Assembly (NCBI RefSeq): GCF_009914755.1
Contig: NC_060938.1
Strand: one strand, 5' to 3'
DNA length: 64,000 nt
Origin: the human T2T-CHM13v2.0 reference genome, Homo sapiens
The stretch's first letter is position 1; each line of letters begins with the position of its first letter. Below the pieces are notes generated by a model that saw only the letters and a list, made by a program, of their open reading frames with translations, searched no databases and was not told where the DNA came from. The translations under genes were made by a program, and so were the position numbers. Shown in pieces: positions 16,268 through 37,115 of this stretch.

Positions 16268-16909
16268 AAACCATGAAATTACAGGTTGACACCATGACAA
16301 AGTGGATAATTAATTGATTAAAGGGAAGGAATCCTATTTAAATTCTTGAAAAGTCTATTTGCTTTAGTTGTAAGGTTTTAAACAATCTGATTCAGGCTCT
16401 CTTTCTCTTTCTAAAACCAGAATGCCAATTGATTGATATAAAGGGAATAAAAGCAATTTAAATGTGAACATTACTTTGTTCAGAATATTCTTGCCATCAT
16501 AAGAAATATACTTCTCTCCACACTCAGACCTACAGTGGAAAGGAAAATTATTTTATAAAGATTGCCTGTATATGTGGAATCAGAAAGAGGGGAATTAGAG
16601 AAGCCACCACTTAATGTTGTCAGGCTAAGGCGACCCTTAGTACCTGTCACCATGACAGGTATGATCTTACAACTGGACCCAAATTCTCAGGACGGTGGCC
16701 ACAGTTTCCTATAGTCTGAGGTATTTTCAAACTGCCAAAAAATCAATTTAAAATAAACAAAGTCATATTTATAATTTTTCATAAGAGGTGAGATTTTAAC
16801 TCACCCTGATTTTAAAAAGAAGTACTGCTCACTTAACTTTGGCATTAAATAAATTGAAACAGTGAGAAATCATTTACTTCCTAGCCTGTCCTGGAAAAGG
16901 TACACTTTA

Positions 16910-18630
16910 AATTTTTAACAGTTTTATTGAAGTACAATTGACGTACAATAAAATTCCCACATACAAAGTATATAATTTTATGTTTTTTTAATTTCATGGA
17001 AGAAAATGTTCTAAGTTTGATAAGTTTTGACATATGTATACACCTGTGAAACCATTGCCACAATCAAGAAACAAACATACTCATCACCTTCCAAAGTTTT
17101 CCTACGTACTGTAATCTCTCCTGACCTCCCCCAATCCCAGTCCCTAGGCAACTGCTATTCTGCTTTTTGTCACTGTAGGTTAGTTTGCATTTTCCAGAAA
17201 TGGAATCATATGGTATATATTCTATATTTTCTCGCTTCTTTCACTTGGTGTAATTATTTTGAGATTCATCCATTTGCAAGAGTATAAACAAATCATTCCT
17301 TTTTTTTTTTAAAAGAGATAGGGTCTTGCTACATTGCCCAGGCTGACCTCAAACTCCTGGGCTCAAGCAATCCCCCCACCTCACCCTCCTCAGCAACTGT
17401 GACTACAGGTGCACTACTGCACATGTCTTAGATAAATTCCTTTTCATTGCTAAGGAGTATTCCATTTGTATGAATAAACCACAATTTGTTTAACCACTTA
17501 CTTGTTGACAGATACCTGGATTATTTCCAGTTTTCAGTTATTACAAATGAAAGTTGTCATTAACATTCATGTACAAGTTTTTATATAGACATATGTTTTC
17601 ATTTCCCTTGGTAATTACCCAGGAATGGAATGGACAGATTAGACAGTGAGTAACGTTTAACTTTTTAAGAAATTGCCTATTTTCCAAAGTTTTTGTACCA
17701 TTTTACATTTCCCCTTGCAGTGTATGAAAGTTCCAGTTCCTCTAAGTCTTTATCAGCACTTGGTATTATCAGTCTCTTTATTTTTAGCCATACTAGTTGA
17801 GTATATAGTGGTATTTCATTGATGTTTTAATTTGCATTTCCCTAAAGACTAAAGGTGTTGATAGTCTTTTCATGTGCTAATTTGCCACCTACACATCTTC
17901 TCTGATGAACTGTCTGTTCAAATTTTTTGCCCATTTTTAAATGCAGTTGTTTGTTTTCTTGAGTTTTAAGAATTCTTTATACATTCTGGATACCAGTCCT
18001 TCAGCAGACATATGATTTAAAATTTTATCCCAGTCTGTGGCTTGTCTTTTCATTCTCTTAACAGTTTTGAAGAGCAGAAATACTTAATTTTGATGAAGTC
18101 CAATTTATTAATGTTTTATGGATTGCACTTTTTGTGTCATATCTAAGAAATCTTTACCTAAACCAAGCTCACAACGGTCTTCCTTTATGTTTCCTTCCAG
18201 AAGTTTTATAGTTTCAGGTTTTACATTTAGGTCTATAATCCATTTTGAGTTAATTTTTCTATATGGTATGAAGTATTTCTTGAAGTTCACTTTTTTCCAT
18301 CTGGATAGCCAGTGGTTCCAGCACCATTTATTCAAAACTATCTTTACAGAAGTGACTTTGCATCTTTGTCAAAAATCATTTGCCATTGATCATTTGTCTA
18401 TCCTGACACCAATATCACAATGTCTTAAATTACTGTAACTTAGAACAAAGTTTATTTCAAGACTTATATTTCTTTAAAGATAATTTGGCTATTCTAGGTC
18501 CTCTGCATTTTCATAATGAATTTTAGACCCAGGTTGTCAATTTCTAAAGAAAAAAAAATGCCTGCTGGAAATGTGAATGCATTGAATCTACAGTTCAATT
18601 TGGCAAGAAATAACATCTTCACTATATGGA
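16910..18630 (-). mobile_element. Old L1 (L1M-type) 3' ORF2/3'UTR fragment, interrupted by an Alu monomer at ~17300-17430
   Basis: Minus ORF 18108-18335 (NKWCWNHWLSRWKK...INSKWIIDLNVKPETIKLLE) is typical L1 ORF2 C-terminal sequence. Confidence 0.85.
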
Positions 18631-19773
18631 ATAGTTCCCTCACTGTGTGCTTACCAACACTCAATTGAATACCTCTGCACACCTCTGGACTTCCCTCTGG
18701 GTGCCACTCTCCTCTCCCATACTCTGGCCTGCAAACTCTAGCTGTCTTGATCTTCTTGGACTCTCAGTTCCACCTCCTGAACTGCGTCTGGGTTTTGCGG
18801 CCTGGAAATGCTCTCAAGGCAGTAAGCTGGGGCAATCATAGGGCTCACCTCATTTATTTTTCCGCCTCTCAAAGATCACTGTCCTTCACTTCCAGATGTC
18901 CAATGTCTTCAAATCTGTTGTTTCATATATTTTGCCCATTGTTAAAATTGTTTCAGGCAGGAAAGTAAATCTGGTCCCTGTTTATTCCATCTTCTTTGGA
19001 AGTGGAATCTCTATTTTTAATTTTTAATGTCAAATCTGTTCTCAAAGTTACAAAATTCAAGTAAAAACAGGACAAAAACATAACTAGTAATTAGTATAAT
19101 GTTGGTCACTATTCACTTATTTGTTCATTAACCCATTTTATCCCTCAAATATTTACGGCATTCTATATAGCAAGTACTGAGAATCAAAGCCAGACATGTC
19201 CCTTACTCTCACAGAGCTTACAATCTAGTGTGACAGATAGACATTAATCAAATAATTATAAACAAAAATGCAACACTGCAACTGTGATAGCTGCTCTGAA
19301 AGAAAAGAAGAGAATAATGCTCTGAGACCTACAAGAGGATAATTTTACGATATTTGTTTCTATTGAGACTACATTCATGAGTTCAAAAATATCATTACTG
19401 TTTCTTCATGTTAAAGTCACAAAGAAATAAATTACATATACAGTAGAGAAAAAAGTATCCATTAAATAAACTTCTCAATATATGACGTATCTACTAAGTG
19501 TAAGACAATATGCTAAGTGCTCTGGGGCACACCAAAATCATGACACTATAGATCATAAGTTAACTTCAGATTCAACTGGGCACATAAAATCAGTATAAAG
19601 AAATGTAAAGGTAACATATCTATATGCCATATGATAGAAATGAAAATTTACCACATAAACATCACTTTGTCTATCCTCATTTTAAAAAATTATCGTTTAC
19701 ATCAGCCTAACCGCAGAAATGTGATCAGTTCCTTTGAGAAAACAATGCATTTATTTTATTTTGTCAAATCTTA

Positions 19774-19878
<105 letters not shown>

Positions 19879-20460
19879 CTATAAAACAACAATAATTTCA
19901 TTTTATAGAATTATCAACTAAAATATTTTATAAGAAAGAAAAAATGAATAAAAGCTATCTATTAGGAAAATGTTTTAAAAAATGATTTTGTACACCTCCT
20001 TCTATGTAAGGAGTATTAAATTAACACATGCAAGAAAGACATTTAGAGAACAAATATCCAAGTATCCTCAGCACAGAAAGCATGTTATTTCTTAAACTAG
20101 TAACCGTTTACCTTGATAATTTAAAAAATTTAAACTTTATATAAATTTTTAAAATTTTAAGTAGGTGATATTTCTTTGGGCTTATGATAGGGAACTAAAG
20201 TATTCAGCTCCAGTGAGCCTTATGAAATGTCTAAAATTCAAAGAACAATAAATGAAAAAAAAAACCACATCCAAGGGTATGTTATTTTTTCCTAACTGCC
20301 TAAATCAATTTTTCTTATAGAACCTATCACACATAAACCTCAGAGTCTTCACTGATGGGAAGATCTAAAATAATATAAAATAAAATGTGTTCTAATTTGG
20401 AAACCAATTTATACATGCAGTTACCTGAACTGAGAACATAGAAAATTATATATAATTTAA

Positions 20461-20610
<150 letters not shown>

Positions 20611-22029
20611 TGATGTATTGAAAATTACTTCTTTTGTAATTAGGCAAATCAGAATTTTAATAACTATTGAATAAATGAGTGTACACCAATGAGAAATATT
20701 AACTAGATGTTAAAATTTCAAACTATTTGCTTCCAATTTCCAGGGCCTAAGTTTCAGAGAGGTGACAAAATTTATGAGCCTAGAGCTATTAAGAAAATAC
20801 AGAGTGCTGACATACAAAACACATCAGGCAGACTAAAATCGTGAGAGCAAAGGTATTTACTGAATATTTTCCTCATGCCAGGCACTATGATGAGCACTTT
20901 GCATACATTATATCATTTAATAACTGTCAGGTTGTTCCAGGTGTGGGAAAAAATATTTATTGACTAGGTATATTCTGCACCTTAGGTATGTAGAAATTCT
21001 AGGAGTAATATAAGATTTTCTTATGTGAAAATTGGTTCCATTAGGTCTCTGAAGATAATTTTCAAATTAACAGGTATAAATTCCTACCAAATTCCCCAAC
21101 AGCTTCAAAGAATATCAAGAAGCAAACTAAGCCAGCAATTAAACTCTTCCATTAATACAAGCAGTTTGACTGCCATTTGAGTCAGAACCCTCAGAATGTT
21201 TTGCTGTTGGATTTGAAACCACATTATTCAACTGACAGAGATCAATAATCAGATTCTTAGCCCTGGGTTCCAAAACCAGTAACACACAAACTTGAAGAAC
21301 ATGCTTTTAAATACATGATTAGTCGTCAGGAAGGAGACCAAAGATTCTCCACAGCCAGATATCTGAACTGCATATGTGGGACTCTGAAAGGGAATGAAGG
21401 AGAAGGAAAGATGGGGAACAAAAAGTAGAATACCTTATTTGGATAAAGCTATTAATAAAACAGAAGTGTTAAAAAATGAACAAATTTTGTACCCTTTAAT
21501 ACAGAAAAAAAACCATGACCTAGATTTTATAACATAATTACTTAGAAAGTTTCTTCTAGAATCTTCATTTTGCACATACAAAGGCAAGAGAGGAGGCCAA
21601 AAAAATTGAGCTTTTTAGAGGGCTTAGGAAAACAAACTTAAACTATCTAGAACTCAGGATTTTTTCTTTCACCAAGGGTTGTTAAAATATTTATTTCTGT
21701 TGGGAAGATAATCAACAGTCTCCAGTGTCTCTGGAAAGTTAAAGGCAGAAACTGGGAATAAGAAAATATCAGTGATTCCCTTTTCATTGACCTCTTAGTG
21801 ACAGCTTAAAAAGCCAATTATTAACTAAAGGTGATACACATGACTATATGTTTCCGAATGTTTTTCTAGTAGAAATTAAAAATGCCAATAAATACTGTCC
21901 AAAACCATTCATCACGACTCAGACAGGAACAATGTGCAGTTTTACATGCCGTGACCCTTCTGTATTGCATTGTGGTTCACTTGTATCCTAAAAGGCCAGG
22001 GTCTCATGCAAAAATAAGTAAGTAATTTT

Positions 22030-22298
<269 letters not shown>

Positions 22299-22681
22299 CT
22301 TAATTTTTTAAAAGAATGGAGTCATAGTTTGTACTCTAAGAAATAGGCTCTCTCAACAGAAATAAAATAAAAATTATTTGACTAGTTTGGAGGTCTCAAC
22401 TTTAACAAGAGTGTTACTCTATAAAATAAAACACAATTCTCACCAATAAAATCTTTAAAAAGGGAAATCTAGAATGTCCTAACCTTTGTATTATCTTTTT
22501 CCTCCAAAATACTAGATATCATAATGTGTTCAGGAATACAAAGCAAAAGAGAAAAAAAGGAAGGTAAGACAATCAACACCAGAAAGACGGCTCTGTTGAA
22601 GAGATGACCTAAGTTGTTAACTAGGATTCTTATAGTACATTTTATAGAAATACATAAAGAAGCATCAAAAATAGAACATAC

Positions 22682-22765
22682 CTTGTCATGTCCTGAATCT
22701 CCCCCTCTGACAATATCTGGTGCCATGTATTCAATAGTTCCACAAAAGGAATATGCTCTTTCAGT
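22682..22765 (-). CDS. RPS6KA5: RPS6KA5 coding exon (likely exon 6, 84 bp): TERAYSFCGTIEYMAPDIVRGGDSGHDK
   Basis: TTCAAG|ACTGAA...GACAAG|GTATGT. Activation loop AYSFCGT (MSK1 Ser212) and APE-like motif APD. Confidence 0.97.
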
Positions 22766-22997
22766 CTTGAACAAACAAACAAAAAAGGGATTTGATTTCA
22801 AGCTAGTATGACAAGTGACAAAAGAAGAAAGTAATACATGTTAGTGGTTGAGATACACTATAGTGGCAAAGTAGTGGTAGAATCTACTTGACAGACCCAC
22901 TCTTCACTGGAACAGACCACTGTCTACATAATATGAGTCCTGGGTATATGTCATCCCATCCCATCAGAAAGACTTCTCATGCATGAAATGGTACCAT

Positions 22998-23038
22998 CAT
23001 CCATCCATCCATCCATCCATCCATCCATCCATCCATCC
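22998..23038. repeat. (CCAT)n microsatellite
   Basis: About 10 tetranucleotide units. Confidence 0.92.
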
Positions 23039-25301
23039 TTTCCATGAATCCATTCATTTATTCTTGTTCACTTTTTGCATGCATGTATATTTCAGTTGTT
23101 GATTTAACCCTTTTTTTGAAGAATGCAAATAGTCCTAGTAAGGCAACATGAACTGTCTAACACATTAGTATGAATGACTTTATTAGGCAAGATTGAGAAA
23201 ACACTGGGTAACTTGAAGGGGTAGGAAAGACCAAATTCTAAGAGGGGGAATAATAAACCCAAAGATAAAAAAGAATAAAAATTTTTTTTTCTACCTTACC
23301 ATCTTGTGTAGGTTTGACAACGCTAATGTTATGTTTAACGATGGTAAACAAAACTGTCTTTAAAAAAAGATTATTTCTTAAAGATAGATGTTTCCTTTTT
23401 ATAGAATTTTAAAAATTCAAAAGGGCTAATATATCATGCCTGAAAGTTAACCTAAAAATTATTTTTTAGATAATCAATTATGCAATTACGTAGCTCATTT
23501 ATTATCTCAACTTAGAGGAAGCTCACAACCACCCCAAGTTAAGTGCTTAAAAGATTTTTCTTCTATCTTTTCCAAGTAATTTTTGGCCTCTCTTATAGTT
23601 CATTTTAGCTTATCTGGTGCTTTGGGGGAGGAGTTGATAGGGTATACATTAATAAATATTTATTTATTTGATAGAAATTCCAGAATATAGAAAAACTAAA
23701 GCTTAAATGTTGAGAAGTCCCAATCACTGAGAATAGTAGTAAATAAAGACAAACATCTCTTAATTCTCTCAATTATTTTAAACCCTTGCCATCTTACCCA
23801 GTTCTAAACCTATATTTGCTTCCTCCTGTGTTATTCCCTCTGGGTTCTAACTTTTAGGTCTCTGCCTAAACTTCCTAAGAGTTTCTCTTCTATTTGTAAA
23901 AATATCACCAATTGTAACTTTTGAATTTGTATTTATTTGCCTATGAAGATGCATAATGCCTTAAAATAATTCTACCAAGAAGACAAACTGATGAGATTTG
24001 ACAGGGGAAGGATGCACCATAAAACATATTCCAGAGTCTCTGATAGGGGCAGGAAAGACTTCAAGGTAACAGTTCTACTATGCTTATGGTTTATTATTTG
24101 TTCAAAATACAATAATTTTCTCAAGTAACAATTTTCTCAAGGAGACAACCTATTTGACATTTATGCCCATACTATAAGCAACTTTAGTTATCACAGTTAA
24201 AAAAAATGTGAATGAAAATTTACTTGATTATGAACAAAAACAGCAGGAGTGGGATGTGTACAACATACTAGCAGATAATATGGAATACTCATGTGTTTTA
24301 AGTGATTAGCCAATCAAGGAGGCTTCATTGCTCCTTAGAGAAAAGGATCAGATAACACTGGATATAAAGCTGGTTTCCTTCTAGGGAGGAATCCCAATAG
24401 TAACTCAAATGCCAGACTTAAGTATTTCTCAATAAAGACTCTGATGAAATAATTCCTAGCTTTTATTTGCCAATGTTTTGTCCTAATCATATCTGCCTGT
24501 GACAGATAAATTCTGGTGTAAAATCATCAATGAAAACAGGTTTTTTTCTCATCCCATATTTAGAAAGACTCTTAATGCTGGCAAATCTCCACACAAATAT
24601 CTAGAAATGTTTGACTGATTTTTAAAAAGGATTACATATTCCACTGGTAATCGCCAAAGACCGGGCTCACAAGAAAGAAAGGAGAATTCCTGGGTGCCAG
24701 CCAGGAAGTGAGTACAGAAAACCAGAGAGGTAGGCATATGACCTAGTGCTGTGGCTGCACAAACGGTGGAAAGGTGAGTTGTTACAGGTCTCAGCAATCC
24801 AGAAACTTGAGTTTTAATACCCTGTGAGGATAAACGATGAGGCTGTCAGCTCAAATGAGATGGGCTAGAATTACCACTCTTATATAAACCTTGAAACCAA
24901 AGAAAGCTAAACCTCAGTGAAAACAAACTACAGAAAAATAAATTCATCTGCTAGCACTCATTCGTTTCTGTCTAGGCCCTAGCTGAACAAAGTTCCTCCT
25001 ATGAGCTTAAATGCCTAGGCTTATGCTTCTTAGATTTGAGATCTGAATTTACTCTTCTGCACGGTGTGGGGAAGTAGGAAAATCTGGCCAAACATGGTGA
25101 CACCCTGGGACACATGATAGAACCAGAGATATTCTCACAACTTAGCCTGCCCAGAATTCCTATAAAGCGCTGATGTCTTGATATTACTAAATAAGTGAAC
25201 TAGACTCCACAGACACAACAAACTGAAGGATTACTTGAAACAGTAGAAAAATAATCTGTAAATGACCAGCATGTTGTAAAAGATAAAAGACATAAAATAA
25301 G

Positions 25302-26044
<743 letters not shown>

Positions 26045-26194
26045 CTAAGCAGATTAAATAAAAATATATTCCTGATTGGCCACATTCTATTTCTTCACTT
26101 GAGTGGTGGTTACAAGGGTGCTGTCTTATAATAATTCACTGAGCCATACATTTATTTTGTTTTTGAATCTGTTTTACTTTACAATAAAAAGAGA

Positions 26195-26229
26195 GACATA
26201 TATATGTATGTGTATATATATATATATTT

Positions 26230-26263
<34 letters not shown>
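26195..26263. repeat. (TA)n/(TG)n compound microsatellite
   Basis: TA run followed by about 16 TG units. Confidence 0.9.
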
Positions 26264-26265
<2 letters not shown>

Positions 26266-26299
26266 ATATCTCACAGGTCCATTCCTAGATCTATTTATA

Positions 26300-31600
<5,301 letters not shown>

Positions 31601-31656
31601 CACATACTCTTTACCTGCACCAGTGCAGCTACACATTGTTGGAGAAAACCATATAA

Positions 31657-32003
<347 letters not shown>

Positions 32004-32099
32004 AATTTCACTTTAAATTCATGATCAGGAATCTCACATGGGTCTTAATAGTACCCAGCAAACACATTCATTTCCCTAATCCGTTCACTCTCCCACATT

Positions 32100-33820
32100 G
32101 TTAGTTGGTTATTTTATATCATCTCCTTTCTCCTAAAACCTCGATGTGTCCACTCCCTTCCTCATACTCAGTGAGAAAACAGAAGACCTTCTATAAGCTG
32201 CCAGTACACACCACTTAACCTCCACCCACATGTGTGCCTAGTAACTCAACTTTCTTCAGTTTCTAAGCATGAACTGACCATGCTACTCGTTAAGCACTAG
32301 TAGCATGATCACGCACAAACTCACTTGTGCGTTTGACATTATCCTTCTCAAGGACAGTGTTCCAGCAATTTCCCACTTTACCTGCTGTATTATTATAGGA
32401 GATAGATATCTGGGTTTGGGTGGTAGATATCAGTGTATCTACCCCACTTCCTTTTGAGGACTATTCTAACTAGTGTATGACATCTGTAATTTCTCCCATC
32501 TTAGGGGAAAAAACCCTCTTTTCATCCTCACTTCATCCTCTGCTATGCTCTTCACAGAATTTCACTATTCCTTTTAACAGAAAACCCCAAGTTGTCTACA
32601 TATGTGGAAGACAATAAGGCTACTGCTATTCTCTTTCCTAAGGTTAAAACTGAGCCAATCAATGCTCAATCTTCAGTCCCCATCTTATTTAACCTAACAA
32701 TAGCATTTGACACAGTTAATCATTTTCATCCTTGAAACATTTTTTCACTTGTCTTCTGAGACAATCCACCTTGTTTTCCAAATTCCAAATTCATAGATCC
32801 AGACCAGACTTCTCTCCCAAATTCCAGACTCATATAGCCCACTGCTTAACATCTCTGCTGTGTGTCTAATAAATGTCTCAAACTTAACCTGTCCAGCTGA
32901 ACTTCTCCTCTTGTAACCCCAGATAGCTCCCCATCAGCAGCCTACCCCATATTAGTTGATGGAAATTTCATCCTTCCAGCTGTTCTGGCCAAAAACCTTG
33001 GGGCCACACTAGATTTCTTCTGAATTCTCATACCCCACATCTAACTCATCAAAAAATTCCATTAGATCTAATGTCAAAATAGTCCTAAAATCTGCTACTC
33101 CATAGTCTAGGCCAGTTCCATCTCTTGCTGGGATTACTTCAACAGTTTTCTATCTGGACCTCATGTTTCCACACTTGTCCCACTACAGGATTATCACAGT
33201 TATCAACCAGAATTATTCTTCCAAAATAGGAGATCACTACTCTTCTACTCAAAACTCCCCAGTGGCTCCCCATTTTGTGCAGGGAAGAAGCCATAGTCCT
33301 TACAATGATCTTCAATGCCCTGAGTAATCTGTACAATCCTTCTTCCATATGATCACCTCCATGTCCTTCTTTCCTACTACTGTAACTCTCACTCATTCTG
33401 TATGCCCACAACGGCCTCTAACCCTCACTCATTCCATAACCCCACCTTAAAGGGCCTTAATATTGGCTGATCCCTCTACCTAGAAATCTCCTTCCTGAGA
33501 TATCTACATGGCTGACTCTCTCACTTCCTTCATGTCTCTACTGCACTATCACCTTGGTGAAGCCTTTCCTGACCACTTGATTTCAAAGTGTAGCCTCTTC
33601 TCACCCTATTCCCTATTCCTGTTCCCTACTATACTTGTCTTCTTGCAACTTATTGCTATCTAACATACTACAGAAATACTTATTTCTTATTGTCTGCCTC
33701 CCCGTGTAAAGGAAGAATTTGTGTCCATTTTGCTCATTCATTGCAAGATCTCAACACTGAGATAGAACAGTGCCTGGATCACAGGAGACATTCAATGAAT
33801 ATTCACTGAATTAATGGAAA
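32100..33820 (+). mobile_element. L2 LINE fragment
   Basis: L2-like motifs GCATTTGACACAGTT, TCTCAAACTTAAC, and 3' end AGAACAGTGCCTGG...TGAATATTCACTGAAT. Confidence 0.7.
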
Positions 33821-35856
33821 AAATTATAAAATTTTCATAACTGAAAATGTGAAGAGTGGGCACATAAACTCAGTTATATTATTTTCTATTTTTATTGTGC
33901 TTTATAGCATAAAAATTTAAAGAGAAATTTGGAAAATATAAACATTTATTATTCACATTTATGAATTCTTATTATTCTAGGATATCTTTTGCCCTTATGG
34001 ACTTTAAAGTCCCTGACACTCAGCATAGTTCTGAATCATTTTCCTTTCTTTCTTAGAAAATAGATAAAAATAAACTGTGACTGCTAAATATAGTTATCAA
34101 GTAAATTTAAAAACACATATTTAACATTATTTGAACAAATGAAATATATACTTGGAAGTTTCTGTGAAAATAATCTCATTTCAAAAGTTGTCCCTGCTTG
34201 TTCTGTGTTGTTACTCACACTGAATCTACCTTAAAAAAAATCGTATTATGAATAAACTTTAGTAGATCCAAAAATTTCTGCCATAAGAATAATTATAAAG
34301 GGATCTGTGAAGCAGACAGCTGGCAGGCAATCCCTATTTACCCCCCAACCTTTGGAGGGGAATCAAAGGTCTGCTCAGATATCTGGGGGAAAAAAATCTC
34401 ACTAATGAACGGCTCAAGCTAATGTGTTGGCATCTGAATATTGTGTAATAGTGTTTTAAGAAAGGAAGAACTGGGGCAACAGGGTAACACTTTGGTTTCT
34501 AGGTCTCCTATTTTCCCAACACCTCCAACTCAATGTTTACCTTAAAATAACTAAATTATCCTAGAGTCACTGATTTTGGCAAATGACTGATAGAGCTTAT
34601 TATCAGAGACCTAATAGATTTTCAGGACACATGCAAATAAAAAAAATCATGACTACATGTCAGTACAAATCAATTAGGAAGGGAGACAGAGGTAACTAAA
34701 AAGCTGGTTTAGGGTTAGGTTATCTGATTCTCAATGCAAACACGCTCTTTATGGAGCCCGACCCTTACCTACACATCTTGAGATACGTACATTATAACAG
34801 CAGAAACTTGAAAGTGGCACTATTAGCTAGGCATTTATTAGAGAAAGATGTAATTTAAAACTACAAAAAAGAAAATAAAGAGAATAATTTTAAATTCTCA
34901 ATGGTATATTTTAATTTTGCTCACAGTAATCTGAAATGTAAACAGTACTTCTCAGAAATAGAACGGATATAGTGCTTTATACTTTAGAAAGTACTTTCAC
35001 AAGCATTAATTCATTGTGTCTGTATGATAATTCTATAAATTAGGTATGATAAATATTATTTTACAGATGATGAAATTAAGACTCAGAGAGGTTAATGACG
35101 AAGTGACTTGCCTCATGTCCTAAAGCTAAGAAATAGAGAACCAGAAAAAGATCCCCCTAACTAAAATGCCTCTTACATTGTCCAAAGAATTAATCAATAA
35201 ATAACATTATCTGAATTGAGCAAGGTTAGATTTTTCTACTTCTGGAAAGAGAGAAACAGTCATAAATCCATAGGCTTTTCCCTTTAAGTACAGATACTCT
35301 GTACTGTTCAGCCAACATATTATTTTTCTTCTGAACCTTAAAGTTGTATTTATCTACCTGGGGATTCGTGTTAATGATCTGTTTTGAAAATTTTCAAGCA
35401 CTCACTGTTAAATTATAAAAACAGAATGCATATACCATATTTAAGCATAAACACGTGTCCTTTTTGACATTATTTGCTTATAAATATGAACAGACACAAT
35501 TTTGAAGCTATCATCACTTTACCAACACTTTTTTTAACTGTCTTTAAAGTTGTCAACATTAAAATCAAATATCCAATAACTACCAGATTCTCTGACTTGA
35601 AGTAAGAACTCAACAAATGTTTGTAAAACTGTACTACCAAAAAAATTCTATGGAAGATATATATTAGCCTGAAAATTAGAGATGTTTTGTTATTTTTCAG
35701 AATCTCAAGAGCTTGATCGAATTTTCTGGTTGAGAACAGAACAGTAAAAGTAGCAAATTTTTATTATCATAAAATATTTTTAAAGTTTCTAAAATAAATT
35801 TACTTTAACCTGTATGTAGTCTAGGCTGCAAACCATTATCCAGAAATAATTATATG

Positions 35857-36150
35857 GGCTGGGCCTGGTGGCTCATGCCTATAATCCCAGCACTTTGGGA
35901 GAGCAAGGCAGGTGGATTTTTTGAGATCAGTCCAAGACCAACCTGGGCAACATGGTGAAACCTAGTCTCTGCAAAAAATACAAAAATTAGCCGGGCATAG
36001 TGGCATGTGCCTGGAGTCCCAGCTACTTGGGAGTCTGAGGTGGGAGGATGGCTTGACCCCAGGAGGCAGAAGTTGCAGTGAGCCGATCTTGCCACGCTGG
36101 GTGACAGACCAAGACCCCATCTTTTAAAAAAAAAATACAAAAACAAAAAA
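35857..36150 (+). mobile_element. Alu (AluJ-like)
   Basis: Sense dimer; TSD CCAGAAATAATTATATG. Confidence 0.9.
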
Positions 36151-37115
36151 CCCAGAAATAATTATATGAATATTTGACAAATATCTCTAGAATACAGGCT
36201 CAGGAGGGTAAGGAATTTGTTATGTTCACCATTATATTTGTAGGGTCTAGTGCAATACCTGGCAATGGTAAGTACTCCAAGATTTTTTGAATTACTAAAT
36301 TAATATATATACAGAGATAAGTATAATATCATGAGCAGAAACATCAAACATACATAAAAAGTAAATTCCTGAAGATTAAATATATTTCCCAGACCAAATG
36401 AGGCCAGAATTTATAATATAAAATTGTGATATACTGACAGAAAGGCAGATTTTGGTGGAAGATTACTTCTGTTTTGAAAATGTTCAGTTTGAGGAGCCTG
36501 TGAAAGTGTCAAGTGGAGATAAAACATTCACATATTTGGGTCTTGAGCCCAGAAGAGAAGGTTGGTCAAGAGAAGGCTGGGAATGAGCAGCATGTAAGAA
36601 GAGTACAGCATAAAAAAAAGAAGAGTACCTAGGACTGAGCTGAGGGGAACCCTCAGGTAGAAGAGGAAGAGCCAACAAAAGGCAGTGAGAGAGAGAAGGA
36701 AAGTCAGGTGGGTGTTGTGTCACAGAGCCAAGCTGAGAGGTGATTTCAAGTTCAGTACTACCAGGCAGTCAAATAAAGTAACTAAAAAGTATTAATATGC
36801 ACGTCAATGGTAACATTGGCAAGAACAGCCTCAGCAGATGGTGGCGGGGTAGGGGGGCAAGGAGGTACAAGCAGAATTGGAATTGATAAGGGAGTAAGGG
36901 ACATGTGAGTAAGTAGAGACAAATACTGACAAAGGAGAACAATGAGACAATAGCTAGGCGGGAATATGGTATTCTGAGATTTTTTTTCCTTTTTATTTAT
37001 CAGTCCATTCATCTCCCCATTTTTAAAATTTTAAGATGGAAAGACTATGTCTACTTAAACAGTGACAGAAATGGTCAAAGAGGAAGAGGTTAAAGAGAAG
37101 AGAAGGCAGGCAGAG

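Noticed and set aside
24108-24140. Short imperfect tandem repeats (also near 15826, 55457, 58030)
   Set aside because: 10-14-bp repeats in AT-rich DNA are expected from slippage or chance.
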